Source: Neophaeotheca triangularis (lineage: Eukaryota). From it: a stretch of 63,272 bases of DNA. The notes under the pieces are model-generated. The model saw only the letters and a list, made by a program, of their open reading frames with translations, was not told where the DNA came from and did not search any database. The stretch covers positions 310,001 to 373,272 of the forward strand of contig BAAIJX010000023.1 of the NCBI GenBank assembly GCA_054600435.1, read 5' to 3'. Within the stretch, counting starts at the first letter, position 1; the number at the start of each line of letters is the position of its first letter. Positions 38,882 through 51,560 of the stretch are shown one piece after another. Position numbers and translations under genes: made by a program.

Positions 38882-39443
38882 GTGGACCAGGGTGTCTGGT
38901 GTCTGAGATTCTTGCATGCGGGATGCGGCCTACAAAAGGAACGATCAGCGCTCGTAGGAGATGGGAGCGATGGAGGGTTGAAATGGCCTCCTAAGTCGTG
39001 TGAGGTCGACAATATATGCCTCGTTCCCCACTGACCTCAGGTCTTCTAGAAGATTGCATGGCCGTTTGGGGGTTCAAAGCGACACTACAAGGCTCGCTCT
39101 GTGGGGTTTCATCTTCAGACTCACGAGAGCTCAACTAACATTCATGCTGACTAGACTCTGTTGAAAGTGTGTACGCCGCGGTCAATCTATAACACGAGGT
39201 TAACCCAAATTCACTCGGTAAGTCGCTTCACCCGAAGAAGTTGGCTGAATGCTTTAAGTAGCGTTGCACAGCTGTATATGCATGTCAAAGCCACACTCGT
39301 CAGGCATGCCAACATGAGCACGGAAGGCTGCACCTCAGCGTCTGTGCTACAAGAGAGCTTGGTCCGTCGCATGATTCTTCCATAGACACCTGCTACTGCG
39401 TTCAACCACCACTCCCGTGAGGCTGCGGAAATAACTCCTCAAC

Positions 39444-41438
39444 ATGGCGCAGTACGTCTACAAGGCGTTGGACGAGAACAAACAAGAAATCAGACTTATG
39501 ACGATACTACCGGCGCTTTGTCAAGAAGACGAGTTGGTATGCATATTGAGCCATGCAAGACTCACGCAGACAGATGTTCCAACTTTCGAAGCGCTTTCTT
39601 ACACTTGGGGCGATGACACCAACCCGTCCAGACTACGTCTCTCATCTTCAAGGGACGAAGGCATCGATGTGACCAGGAACCTTAGAGAAGCTTTGCCTTA
39701 TCTACGCTACACTGACAAACCAAGAGTTATGTGGATCGATGCCGTATGCATCAACCAGCAAGACAAGAGCGAGCGTGGTCAACAAGTTCAGCGGATGGGT
39801 CATATCTACACTCTAGCGGAGAGAGTCGTTATCTGGCTTGGTGTTGGAGACTTTAGCTCTCAATTGATCATGGAGACCTGCAAAGAGCTCAACTGCAAGG
39901 TGAACACCAATATTGACGGTTACGGGACAATCAAGTCTCGCACACAAAACCCTCTCGAGGCCCATTGGGGAGATAAGCACGTACCGCTTCCATATCACCT
40001 TCGAACATACCAAGCACTTGCGGACTTTCTACGTCGCCCCTGGTTTCATCGGCTCTGGATCTGGCAAGAAGTCCGCCTGGCAAATCCGACGGCCATCATA
40101 GCTTGTGGCACCGACACAATGCCCTGGCGAAGTCTTCGGACTATGCTGGGCTGTCTAGTTTACAAGAGAACCTCTTTCGACAGCATCGGGGTAAACGACC
40201 TAGGCGCACTTGTGAGAAACGGGTTCGATCTGTCTGCTACCTTCGGTTACATAAGCCTCAAGCGGCTGTTGACACTAATGCGGCATGCCCAATGTACGAA
40301 CAGTCGAGACCGGGTGTATGGGATCTTGGAGCTCTCTACGAATACGGACGCTGCCCTCGACATACGGCCGGATTACGGCAAATCGGTGCCAGAGGTCTAC
40401 AAGGACTTGATGACGGCCTACATGGCAAAGTCACAACGTCTCGAGCTTCTTTCGTTGTGCGAGCTCAACAAAGCGCCTCGAAATTGGCCGTCCTGGGTAC
40501 CATACTTGGACGCTCCAAAGTCCACCCGCCATCTTACGCATGCGCATTCTTCTGGACATTCTATCTGCGATGCAGAGCGCCTCGAGAATGGATCGCTGAA
40601 GTTGGCTGGTGTCATTGTGAGCCAAGTCGCTGCAGCTGATGATTTGAACCACGATGTCACTGATGGTCAATCTGCTTCCCGGCCGGCGTCCTACGAAACG
40701 CTCATAGCAGCGATTCGAAGATGGCTCGCCTGGCTTGACATGAATGCCGACTACATAGACGGCAGTCGAATGGCTGAAGCATTCTGCAGGGCAATCTGTG
40801 CGCCAGTATCGCTGACGCATACGTACCGCCTCATACACCGTTCCCAAGCATGGAATCGTCGCTTGCGGTTCTAGATCAGATCATGGGCTCCACGTATGAC
40901 GAAACACGCAATACACCGGACATGAACTTGTTCGCAGAGTACGGATACAAGGGATGTAATGGCCGCACATTCTTCAAAACCACCGCTGGTCATATAGGTG
41001 TAGGTCCTTTAGGTACTCGAGCTGGTGATCATGTCTGTGTCTTTCTGGGCTCCGACTTTCCCAGGGTAGTACGACCTACCCTGGACGGTCGATTCAGGCT
41101 CTTGGGAGAAAAGCTATATTCCCGGTATTGCCAGCAATGAGGTGTTCTTGGGTCCTCTTCCTACGAACTATCGCGCTGTTGTTGGTTACGATGCGGGATC
41201 AGGTCTGTACAACTGGGGCTTTTTGGACGCTCATACAGCCAAGGTCCAGGTAGAGGACCCCAGAATAATTCAGGCTCTTCCTAAAGGCTGGCGGAAAATT
41301 GATCACGATCTGAAACAAGTCTGGGAGAAATTTGTCAGGGATGATGAGCCGGGGAAGTCGTACGATCTGGACCCGCGGCTGACCAAGGTCGCTCTCCTTG
41401 CGCGTGGCGTACCGCTTGACGAAATAGTGTTGGTTTAA
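39444..41438 (+). pseudogene. HET-domain (HET-6-like) gene with two frameshifts
   Basis: EIRL, FEALSYTWG, WIDAVCINQ, WFHRLWIWQE, RDRVYGIL. Protein-like sequence moves to another frame at ~40800 (GRTFFKTTAGHIGVGP) and back at ~41110 (GESYIPG...FLGPLP). Confidence 0.75.
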
Positions 41439-41633
41439 GGTAGTAGTATACACCCCACAGTCGCAAAAAGACGTCGCCGTGGTTGCATGTCATTATTCGA
41501 GGTCTCCAATTACTATTGACTCGTGTTGTCAAGAACTGCGTCCGATTCGACTTCTAATCCAACGTTTCTTTCCACGCAAGTATCCGCCCTGTTCCCTTCA
41601 CTAGCAAGCTGCACGAAATAAATTATTTCGTTC

Positions 41634-44234
41634 TTACTGGCTGTTGACCAGCTTCTTCCCTACCTCAAAGATCTCCTCAACCTTGTTGGACTCGAACCTG
41701 ATGTGATACCTCTTCCTTCCGCTGATATCTACTCTTCTGGCTTCGACAGCCGCACCATCCTTCGAAACAACGTTGCGGCCATCGCCGACGGGCAAAATGA
41801 CGGTAAGACCGTGTTGCAGCCAAGGCGGCTCGAAGGCCTTGACTTCTTTGATGAAGCTTACCACGACCTCCGTCGCTGTAGCCGAATAGGTAAGGTCGAA
41901 GTTGGCCACCTTCGCCGGGGGAGGCGACACGCCATCGTCTTCCATCCAAGTGGTCGTGAACGCCTGACCTTCGGAAAGCTCTTCGGTGGGCGGAAAGATT
42001 TCGACTCCGCGCCAGTCGTCCGCTGGGAGGTTGGCCTCATTGGCCCGGTCGCCTGGGGCTACAACTTGCTTGTTCTTGCCCACAGGTACTGCGCCACCGA
42101 TGCGTGCGAGGATTGGAATGCTGGAGCGCCAAGGGCTGGAAATGGAGGCCCAGGTACCGGCCGGAATGTGCTGGTACGGCGCGTTGGTGTTAAGAAAGCC
42201 GAGGTCGCCATTCGACTTCTTTGGCAGGTAGACTTTGGCTTCGCTGACGCCGGGTTCGTATACTCCGCCGATCATCAGCGTGTTGCCCAGCCAGTATTGC
42301 TGCTCGCCGTCTTTGAGCGTCTTGTTCGTCCATACTTCTGAATCGGTCTCGTAACCCCATCCGACCCAGCGCTGCGAGGGAACGGCGGTGAAATGGCTCT
42401 TCAGCATGAGGGAGTAGAGGTATGGAATCATCTCGTAGCGGCGCATGATTGCTGAACGGATCTCTGGCATAATGTGTGGGTACATCCAGGGCTCGATCAC
42501 GTCTCCGACGTTGTTGTCATCGCCTGTCTTGAAGCAATTGATGGCGAAGCGAGGGCTGTGGCAGCCAAGTTGCACCCAACGCAACAGCAATTCCGGTGAC
42601 GGCTGTGGGCCTTCAAACCCGCCAATGTCATGACCGTAGCATTGGATCAAGCACATGCCTGCTGTGAGCGATATCGCGTTGGCTCCGCGCATACCGTCCC
42701 AGCTGGTTACGTTGTCGCCGGACCACGAGGATGCTGCATACTTCATAGTGCCCGCTGTAGCGCTACGAGTGAGAACGAACGGTCGCTCCTCGGGAACAGC
42801 ATCAAGAAGTGCGTCGTAGGAGGCTTTACCGTTGAGTTCTGTCTGCATGGCACGTCCCCACACGCCCATGGTCTTACGCTGCTCCTTGGTAGCGGCAAGA
42901 GCCTTGCCTACAGAATCGTGGGAAAGCTCGAGCATCCAGTCGTCCGAGGGCACTACGTACTCGTTGTTGTCGTTCCACATGCAATCCATGCCCTGTTTGC
43001 GCAGTTCTTTGACACCGTTGTACCAGAACTCGTAACCAGCTTTGGACGTAAAGTCAATGTGGCCGCCTTCACCGCTAGTACCGCCGCCAGCACTCCATAG
43101 GCGACAGACTGCGGATTCCTTTGTACGGGGATCGACGAAAAGGCCCCCCTCGGCGGCGAGACGGGGGTATTGCTCGTGTGAGCCCAGAACGTAGGGCTTG
43201 ATATTACCTATCATTCGAATACCGCGAGCATGGAAGTCATTCAAGAAACCCTTGGGGTCTGGGAAGCGCTCTGGGTTCCAGGTGAAGACGTGGCGATTCT
43301 TTGGTTCAGTAGCTGCTACGGTGTAGCCCGACGACAGCTGGAATCCGGAACAAGGCACGTCGTACTTCTCCAGCTTATCGGCAAACTCCATCAATGCTTT
43401 GTGCGCTGGCGGATCATCTAGCGCTGCGTATTTGTAGCCTCCAGCTAGATACCCGAAGGCCCAACGGGGAACCAAGATCGGGAATCCAACCAAGTCAGCG
43501 TACAACCTCACAACTTCTTCCAGAGTACGGCCAATGAGCGTGTACTGCTCCAAGCCGCCATAGTCCTGGCGGTACACCTTGAAGTAACCCCACATGCCGT
43601 CCATCTCGCTTCCTACGGAGTAGTAGCCGACGGCATGGCTTGTCGAGAACGTTGCCACCACACCGTCAGGGGTCGCGCGCACCATGAGGGGAATGTGCTT
43701 GTACATTGGATCCGAGCGCATGGCATCGTAGCCGAAGCAGTCGGTGGCAGTAAGTTGGAAGTGGCGATTCGATAAGTCCATGGGTGCGGCCTTCTCGCCT
43801 AGACCGACGTGCAGACTGCCGCGTTGATATTTCGTGTAGTGTGCCACACCCTCGCCGTCGAGTGCGTATGAACGGTGTGGCAAATCGGCGTAAAGTGGTT
43901 CCCGGCCGTGGTAGCCGAGGGTGACGACTGGCACTCCATCCCAGTTGACCGTAGCTTCGATGTCGCCGGAAGAGAGAGTTTTCGAAGTTGTCGAGGGGCT
44001 GCTGGTTTGGAAAGATGATTGATCGGTCTCTGGTCTGGTGGCGCTGGGAAAAGGCGGGAGCGGGTGAGTAGAAGATGTAAAAGTGGTGCGGAATACGCCA
44101 GGCTTGACCGCTTCGAAGGAGAAGTCAACGTGCTCTTGGAGCTCGGAATTCTTCAGGTGGACGGAGGCGTCGCCAGATGATTTGGCGGCGTCGGCGAGCG
44201 TGTAAGTCTTGGGCACGAATTCTTTCCGAGGCAT
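41634..44234 (-). CDS. Glycoside hydrolase family 31 (alpha-glucosidase-like), intronless, no signal peptide
   Basis: PRWAFGY; WNDNNE nucleophile; PFVLTRS; WSGDN; GHDIGGF; PELLLRWVQLG. Confidence 0.92.
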   Translation of the reverse strand: MPRKEFVPKTYTLADAAKSSGDASVHLKNSELQEHVDFSFEAVKPGVFRTTFTSSTHPLPPFPSATRPETDQSSFQTSSPSTTSKTLSSGDIEATVNWDGVPVVTLGYHGREPLYADLPHRSYALDGEGVAHYTKYQRGSLHVGLGEKAAPMDLSNRHFQLTATDCFGYDAMRSDPMYKHIPLMVRATPDGVVATFSTSHAVGYYSVGSEMDGMWGYFKVYRQDYGGLEQYTLIGRTLEEVVRLYADLVGFPILVPRWAFGYLAGGYKYAALDDPPAHKALMEFADKLEKYDVPCSGFQLSSGYTVAATEPKNRHVFTWNPERFPDPKGFLNDFHARGIRMIGNIKPYVLGSHEQYPRLAAEGGLFVDPRTKESAVCRLWSAGGGTSGEGGHIDFTSKAGYEFWYNGVKELRKQGMDCMWNDNNEYVVPSDDWMLELSHDSVGKALAATKEQRKTMGVWGRAMQTELNGKASYDALLDAVPEERPFVLTRSATAGTMKYAASSWSGDNVTSWDGMRGANAISLTAGMCLIQCYGHDIGGFEGPQPSPELLLRWVQLGCHSPRFAINCFKTGDDNNVGDVIEPWMYPHIMPEIRSAIMRRYEMIPYLYSLMLKSHFTAVPSQRWVGWGYETDSEVWTNKTLKDGEQQYWLGNTLMIGGVYEPGVSEAKVYLPKKSNGDLGFLNTNAPYQHIPAGTWASISSPWRSSIPILARIGGAVPVGKNKQVVAPGDRANEANLPADDWRGVEIFPPTEELSEGQAFTTTWMEDDGVSPPPAKVANFDLTYSATATEVVVSFIKEVKAFEPPWLQHGLTVILPVGDGRNVVSKDGAAVEARRVDISGRKRYHIRFESNKVEEIFEVGKKLVNSQ

Positions 44235-45058
44235 GGTGGGCGAATGTCGTCGAACGCCAGATAGGAGGTGGAATGGAGAGGGTTGACAGTGAATCGTACG
44301 GAATATGGACCTACCGTTTTATACGAGTACTTTACATCGCCGCCGGTGCTAGAGAGGCCTTCTATGGGGCGATTGGCGGAGGAAGCGTCCGAAACCCGTG
44401 GGGACACATCGTGGAGCAACATCACGCCCGCATGAGTAGGAGAGTTGATTGATGGTTCGCGTGCAGACACCTGTATCAAGCTTGTTCGGAAGCTTTGCGG
44501 ATGCGGCCTTCGGACTTTGCAGCCGAGATGCGATGCAATCTCGAGACTCGCCAAGATGCGGTTGCCAGTCCACCTTTCGCCTTGTGCCTGTAGTCGAATG
44601 GACTGCAAGTGTTCTCACACGGCGATGGGGACTATCTGGGCAAGCTCGAGCAAAGGTGGAGCTACATGATGCTGTTCCGAAGTCGTTGCTTGTAGTATTG
44701 TTGATTTACAAGTGCAGCCCATCATCTAAGGAGACTCGGGCAACGTTCAGATACAAATTGTACTAACTACCCATGTCAATCACGAGGTATACCGTCGGTG
44801 AAGCTCCGTGGCGTGTTTGCGCATAGTACTTGAGGTTTTCAAAAAAGGAGGAGGAGCATTGATCTTGTGTGTAATACCGAGTTGCGGAATCAAGCCTGAA
44901 TAATCAAAAATGTAATTCATCTTCGATGGCTAGACAATACTCGGTGGTAGCCCGCTGGCGTTGAAGCACGTCTGCCCCGTCTTCTTGCAGTTACTGACGA
45001 CGAATGACCTAGGCAAAGTAACCTTATATAGACAATGAAACCAACCGTCTCCCGTCCA

Positions 45059-46977
45059 TCAAGACGCAGACCCGAAGTCTAGAAACAGATCCTGCCAATC
45101 CAGCGGAATATAGCAAAGATGTAGCCCTGGGAAGTCCCACTCAAACAAGAACTCCTTCGGTATAAAAGCCTGGAAATCCGTCTCGCCGCTCTCAATCGAG
45201 TCGGCGGACCCGGCGGCAGCGGCGGCCGCAGATTGCATACTGGCATTGAGTGCCCGCTCGCATTTCTTCACGGTGTGCGCTAGGATACGCGTGTAGCTGA
45301 TGTTGATCCCCACGCCCGCTTCGTCGAGTTCTCGCAAGAAGTCGTTGGCTTCCGTTAAGCGAACCATGAGAGCATTGGGGCTGTCGCCGAGGAGGATAGC
45401 TAGGCGTAGTACGATGAGCACGCAGAATGCATTCTTGGCCCAGACGAACTCCATGGCGTAGCGCAGATTGCTGACGTAGGGGCGCGCGGGTTGGCCAGCG
45501 GCGTTAGGGACTATGGTCAACAGAAGCTGTAAGTGCTGCTCTGCGGCAGATTTGGCGGCATGTGCAATGCTTCGCTGTGCATCTGTCATTAAGGCGATGT
45601 TCGCGATCCCGGAAGCTGTAAGTGCGCGGAGATGGAGAGTGAGAATCGCCCATGCGTGCTGGATGCGCATATTGACGCATGTGACTTGGTGTTCGGGACT
45701 AGGGTTGATCTCACTGGATAGTATGCCCTCCCACTCCGAAAGCCACAGGTCAAGATCTAGCACTGCAGCTCTGACGATGTCGTTGATTGCTTCGTCATGG
45801 CCAGCACAAGGAATGGAGGCATGGGCCGAAGAGCGTACCGCGTTCAATTCCACTTGCGAAAACAATCGCAGATCTAAAATCGTCCGTTTCTTGTGGGTAA
45901 GCAGTGACCGCACTCGTCTCGCAGGGCTCTGCAAGGAAATGCTCGATGGTTTTCCGCCGTCCAACGAGAAAATAGCATCGAGGACATAGATGATGTACCA
46001 GATACGCGCGCAGTTGAAAGTCTGGGAGTCTTGCTGGGGAGGCAGCCTGGCACGGTCAACGAGCTGCACAAAAGCTAAATCGAGCTGCGAAGGGATGTTC
46101 GTCTCTAAAGCGTATCGGAGAGCTAGGTCGTTGAGCACCGAGCCGCAGTCAGAGTAAGAAGCAAGGACGAGTAGCGCTTGTATGTGCTCTTTTGGCAGGC
46201 CTTGATTGCCTTGCCTCGTGAGTCCATGCACCAGGTCTGATGTATGCTGCCGTAGAATGCGCTGAAGGTCTTGGAATTGCTTGGAGAGTACGCCATGCCT
46301 CGCACGTGCGCCGTAAATAACTATGACATCGAAGAGAACGCTGCTGCGAGCCCGCACAGAGTCGTAGTGATCGTTGAGTGGATCGAAGACTGGGACGAAC
46401 CGATCACAGCCCTCGAAAAAGGCGGCGTACGAAAGGCTTGCATCGATCTCTAGAATCCGCCCGGAGGATACCAGGTCCAATCTCAATGGTGGTCGAACAT
46501 TGAAGATTGCAAATTTTCCAACGTTTCCACTCCCATTTGATTCACTATGAGATGGGCCTGTCGATTGTAACCCCCGAGAACCCACGGTGAAGGGCGGTGA
46601 CAGAGTTTGGCCGTTTGTGGGACCCTGAAGTATGCCGTTCGGAGTGGCATGGGCATCGAAGCGTTCCGAGAGGCGACGCACTTTATCTTCCAGTTCTTCT
46701 ATGCGTTCAACGTTTGGGTCTTTTGGTTTTTCGAAGTAGACGCATTCGACGCTGCTGCTGACGCATCTTGAGCCTATACCTTCGTCAGATGGTATCACAA
46801 CCTTTTCTCGAACGGCATCATGGCAGATTGGCGTATCATCACGTCCTCCTTGCTGCACGGCTACCTACATGGCCTCTCTTCGTTGCACCTCAATTTTGAC
46901 CTTCGGCAGTTGGCGCAGGCTCTCGGAATACGTGGGCGCTTTTTGGGAGGCTCAGGCGGCCGTTCACTAGACGCCAT
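45059..46977 (-). CDS. Zn(II)2Cys6 fungal transcription factor, 2 exons
   Basis: Removing intron 46774-46868 gives RACANCRRSKLRCNEERPCSRCVSSSVECVY, followed by a fungal-TF middle region (ARIWYIIYVLD). Confidence 0.9.
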
Positions 46978-47281
46978 GTCCATAGATCTTGATAAGTTGC
47001 GGTACTACTTCCTTGATGATCGAGCCGATGGGCCGACAGGCGAGGTCGGAGTACGCAGATGAAGTGCGGCTGCCAGCTTAACGGCTCGGCGAAGCCTCCC
47101 GAGATGCGATACATAAGTACATCGCAGGGACAAGCCCGTTCGACGGTCTTCAACCTCTCGAGCTGCATGTTGACTTGACAGGACCGCGTAATATTGGAAA
47201 TATCACTCTACCCATCGACAAACTCCTTGACATGTGTACAGTGCGCTACAGAAATCTCGCTCCACTTGGAATACAAAACCT

Positions 47282-49089
47282 CTACGCATTGATCTCGTCC
47301 CCCACGCTGCGCCAGAAATTACATCTCTGCTCCAACTGCCCGATGCCAACATTCTCGAAACCATCCTCGGTGACCACGAACTCTTCATTACCGCCCCTAC
47401 CCCTGCTTGTACCCTTGGTCCTCCACTTCCCTTTACCTTTCCCACTTCCCCACTGGCTCAAAGTGGGTACGCCCGGCTCCTCATCCCCAGTCAACTTGAA
47501 CTTGTTAGCGTCCCCACTAGCGAGAAAGCTCGCCATGGCACCCGTGTAGCCCTCATAAATCAAGGGATCGCTCTGCTGAACCTCGTTAATTCGATTCCAG
47601 TAGATGGTGTCGCTGCCATGCTCGGCCGGGTCGATTGTGTACTCGCCCAGGTAACCGTTCCCACAACTCGCTTGCGCCATCCAAAGCGCTGGGCAGGTGA
47701 GCACGGTGTCGCGGAATATCAAGCCCGCGCGGACTGCTGTCGAGTTGTAGGAGTCCAGGGTCTCGGTCGAGCCGGTAGGTGGGTATAGGTGAGTAGCCAC
47801 GTAGTGGAAGTTGCGCGCAGAGAGGTTCGGAAGGTAGCCGCGAAGCCAGGCTTCGAAACTCGCTGTCGAGGAGTTGAAGCCGGGGTTGCCTTGTTCGGGG
47901 GTCTCGGGCGTTGTCGTCGCCGAAGACAGTCCAGGCGGAATGAAGTTCTCGCCCTCGTGCGTGTTGTGCATGCCCCAGCCGTGGTGTTGGTTGACGCGGC
48001 CGTGGGCGGTTGCTGATGATAGAGGTTCGCGGATGAAATCGTCGTCGATAACCGGGGCCCAGGTGAAAGAAGAAGTAGTGTATTGATTCTGAGAAGAGAT
48101 GTTCAAGGCCGCGGTACGTAGGATCTGGAGGTCCTGGATCTTAAGGCAGGCGAGGGAGTCCGGGCCGCTGCAATTTGCGAGCGAGGCGAATGCGTCGTAG
48201 ATTCCCTGGGCGGGTGGGGAGCTGTAGTGGTAAGTCTTTTGCCAGAAAGGCGAGCTTGCCAGGGCGTTGGTGAATAGGGGTGGGTCTGTCTTGCCGCCAT
48301 TCGCAATAGTCTGCGCAATCACGCTACCTGCGCCACTGTCGAGATTCGTCGTCAGCTTCAGACCAGGTGGTCAGTCACGAGGTGGGTCGAGGTCTACGAA
48401 CGCTGATTGACCCTGCATGGCTAGAAGGTTAGTCGGAGACGGACCGTAGCAAGACAAGGGAATGCACGCACCCAGATAGAAACGTTGCCAGGATCGCCGC
48501 CAAATTGCGCAATGTACTTTTGCACCCAAACCAGCGCAGCCTGCTGATCTAGCAGCCCGTTGTTCAGATCACTTTTCGGGTCGTCTGCAATCTCTTGTCC
48601 AGGTAGGAAGCCGAAAGCATTGACACGGTAGTTGGGATAGACAAAAATCATCTCATTTTGTTCGGTGGCATTGAGGATTGGGTAGGCCGAGGGCGGAATC
48701 TCGAAGCTCGCACTGCCTCGGATGAAGCCGCCGCCGTAGTAGGTTACGACTACGGGCTTCAACTTCTCGCCTTTCGTCCATGGTCGGCCGTAAAGGCCAA
48801 GGTACAGACAGTCTTCTGTGCCATTTGTCTCGCGCTGAGGGCAGAAGTCGAAGGTCTGCGTGCTGTTGTAGATGCCCTCCGTGATTTCATTTGGAGGCTG
48901 AGGAGCTCGGAATCGGTTCTCGCCGACCGGGGGAGCTGCAAAGGGGATCTTTTGCCAGTACGAGAGGTTGAAATCGGAGCTATATGCGCCTTCGAATGTG
49001 CCGTAGTCGAGCTCGGCGGTGAGGGTCGGCGCGGTAAGCGAGGGGATAGCAAGACCCAAGAGAGTCACCGAGCAAAGAAGCAGATGCAT
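47282..49089 (-). CDS. Secreted type-B carboxylesterase/lipase, 3 exons
   Basis: Signal peptide; IPFAAPPVG; EDCLYL; YGGGF; NNGLLDQQAAL; FGGDP. GQSAG is built with an 11-nt micro-exon (48402-48412). Confidence 0.9.
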
Positions 49090-49734
49090 TGTCTAAGTCT
49101 ATACTCTCAGAAAAAACCTACGAGGGTCAAAAGGTCTTGGATTGTAAGACGTTGTTACTTTGGTCGAGCAATATATACCGTGCGCACCTGGAAAGCGCTT
49201 GCCCTGCACGATGACCTACACGTAGTCGGCAGAACGGAGAAGCAGTATCATGGGCCGGACTGTCACAACAATAACGTTAATACTCGAGATCTTCCGGAGT
49301 GATGAGATGCGACATGGGAGGGGAAGAGAGGAGAAGAGGGGCGAGAAAAGGTAGGGAAACGGAAGTGGTGTCGGAGGCTTCGGCGATCGGATAAGCGAAG
49401 ACCGAGCGAGATGTACACCTCTAGACGTGAGGCGGACATTTAAGCAAGTATACCAAGATTTTTAGAAACACTACCTATGCGGCATAACATGTAGTATACT
49501 GTTCGTCGATAAGTGTAGCACGAATTGAAGGCGTATCTACTAGTCGTAGTATAGGTATTATAGGTAAGCCTAAGATTAAGCTAACTAATAAAGTGTTATA
49601 AACAATATATAGTTAAGATAGGAAAAGAGGATTATTAGATAAAGACTAAGTATACTAAGAACTAAGTAACTCTTTACTTAGTAATACTTAGTTAAACTAA
49701 TTACTACTAATTAGCCGTAAGTACTAAGTAGCTT

Positions 49735-50210
49735 CTAACTATAATGATATCATTAGATTACCCTAATCTAAATAAATTCTAGTAAGGATTTAGGGGCTAA
49801 AAGCTAATAGGGATAGTAATCTTTTTATTAAAAGTACCTTAACCCCTAACTATAATACTATGATGAAAATGCCTTAATTTCATTTAATTTTAGTAAAGAT
49901 TTTTAGCATGAAATTCTAAGCATTTTCATTTGTTAATAGAAGGCACTTTTATTTATAAATTCTTAACTAATACTTCTAAAATTTTGATAGTTATAATATA
50001 AGCTAAATTAGCTAGTAGAGCTAAAACCTTAGAGCATTTAAGTAACTTTTAAGGTTATAATCTAGTGTAGCCTAAAAAGTAAAGTTCTTTATACTAAGAA
50101 CACTCTAGCTAACTAGGGTTAGAGGGTATGAAGCTAGCTAACTATAATGCCTAAATGAAAAGACCTTAATTTCATTTAATTTTAGTAAGGATTTTTAGCG
50201 CAAAATTCTA
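49735..50210. repeat. Degenerate ~73-bp direct repeats in RIP-like AT-rich DNA
   Basis: CTAACTATAAT...CCTTAATTTCATTTAATTTTAGTAA.GATTTTTAGC...AAATTCTA at 49846 and 50138, with a weaker copy at 49735. Confidence 0.6.
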
Positions 50211-50249
50211 ATAGAGGGGTCTAACTATTTATAAGAGGGAGAATTCTTC

Positions 50250-51560
50250 TTATATAATGTATAAGCTATATATAATCCGTACAAGCTATACTTAGTACCT
50301 ATAGCTAAATATTAGTAGAGTTAGGTACCTATATATAAGTTCCTTAAGAAATATTATATATACATTATAATAGGCGCATTCCTATCTTATGCTATTAGTT
50401 AGTATTATGCTATACATATTCTACATTAGATAATATACCCTTATATAATATTTCTTCTAAGATAATAGCCTAAGATAGTCGAGACATGCTAATTATCCTA
50501 CCTAGTATTAGATTAAACCTAGTAACTAGAGATAAGCGACTTATATATAGATCATAACTTAGATATAGATATCCTAGCGATAATTAGCGAGCGAATCGCT
50601 ATACTTAAAGTAGAGCGAGATATACTATACTAAGCATCTACCCTTATATAACTAGAGCGCGATATAGAGACGCTAAGACGAGACGAGGAACCTGTATTAG
50701 AGCTAGGTTATACTACGACTATACCTTAAGAGTATGTAGTAAAGAAGCGTACCTTATGACTAAAGGACCTAGAAAACTATAGTAGAAAAACACTAATAGA
50801 GTTTTTATATAGGAATATGAAATGGCTTTTAATATAACCCTAGATAACTTTTAAAGTAACTACTATAAGATCATATAGGCTATATAGTTTCTCTAGAATA
50901 CCTCTACTAATTTATAGTTTAGCTACTAGTAATCCCTTAATAACTCGACTTATATAATATAGGATAACTTTATGAAGTTCTTACTAGATAAAGTCGAAGA
51001 TCTATTTAACTATAGATTAGATATAGCTAAACAGTATAATAATGCCTACTAGGGAACCTACTTAGTAAAAGACTTCATAATTTTCCTTAAGACCCTTAAA
51101 GACTAGCTCGCTCTATATAGTAAAGAACACTATATTAAGTACCTATATATAAAGCTTCGAAAAGAGCTCTATATTATCCTTATGAATCTCTATAAGATAT
51201 CTATTACATAGGAGTTACTTATAGTAAAGGTAGCTATCTTAGAGTATAATATATAAAAGAGTAGTATAGCTAAGTCGTATATAATAGACATGATGACTAT
51301 ACCTCGATTATATAATAAGTATATAGGTAATAAGAATAAGAAAGAGAATAGTAGAGATAAGAAAGAGAATAGAATAAACCTAGGCATATATATACTAGCT
51401 TTAATATAGTTAGGTAACACTAGGGTTTACTATATCTATAGCTAAAAGGGCTATATCTCTCCTACCTATCTAAAGAAGAAGGATAACCCTAATAGCCTCC
51501 TAGTTAATAATATCTAGGGAAAAGACTACATGTCCTAGATAACTTAGGATAAGTAAGCTA
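50250..51560 (+). mobile_element. RIP-inactivated Ty3/gypsy element A (gag only, truncated); boundaries approximate
   Basis: The frame from ATG 50486 reads as gag. 51428-51469 de-RIPs to a CYICGQKGHISPTC zinc knuckle. In-frame G-GGA-AAA slippery site at 51517-51523. No pol follows. Confidence 0.7.

Noticed and set aside
2159..49302. Numerous long antisense or overlapping ORFs (e.g. 2159-2791, 22304-23077, 36185-36835, 48658-49302)
   Set aside because: They are shadow frames of GC-rich or low-complexity genes, with no recognisable motifs.
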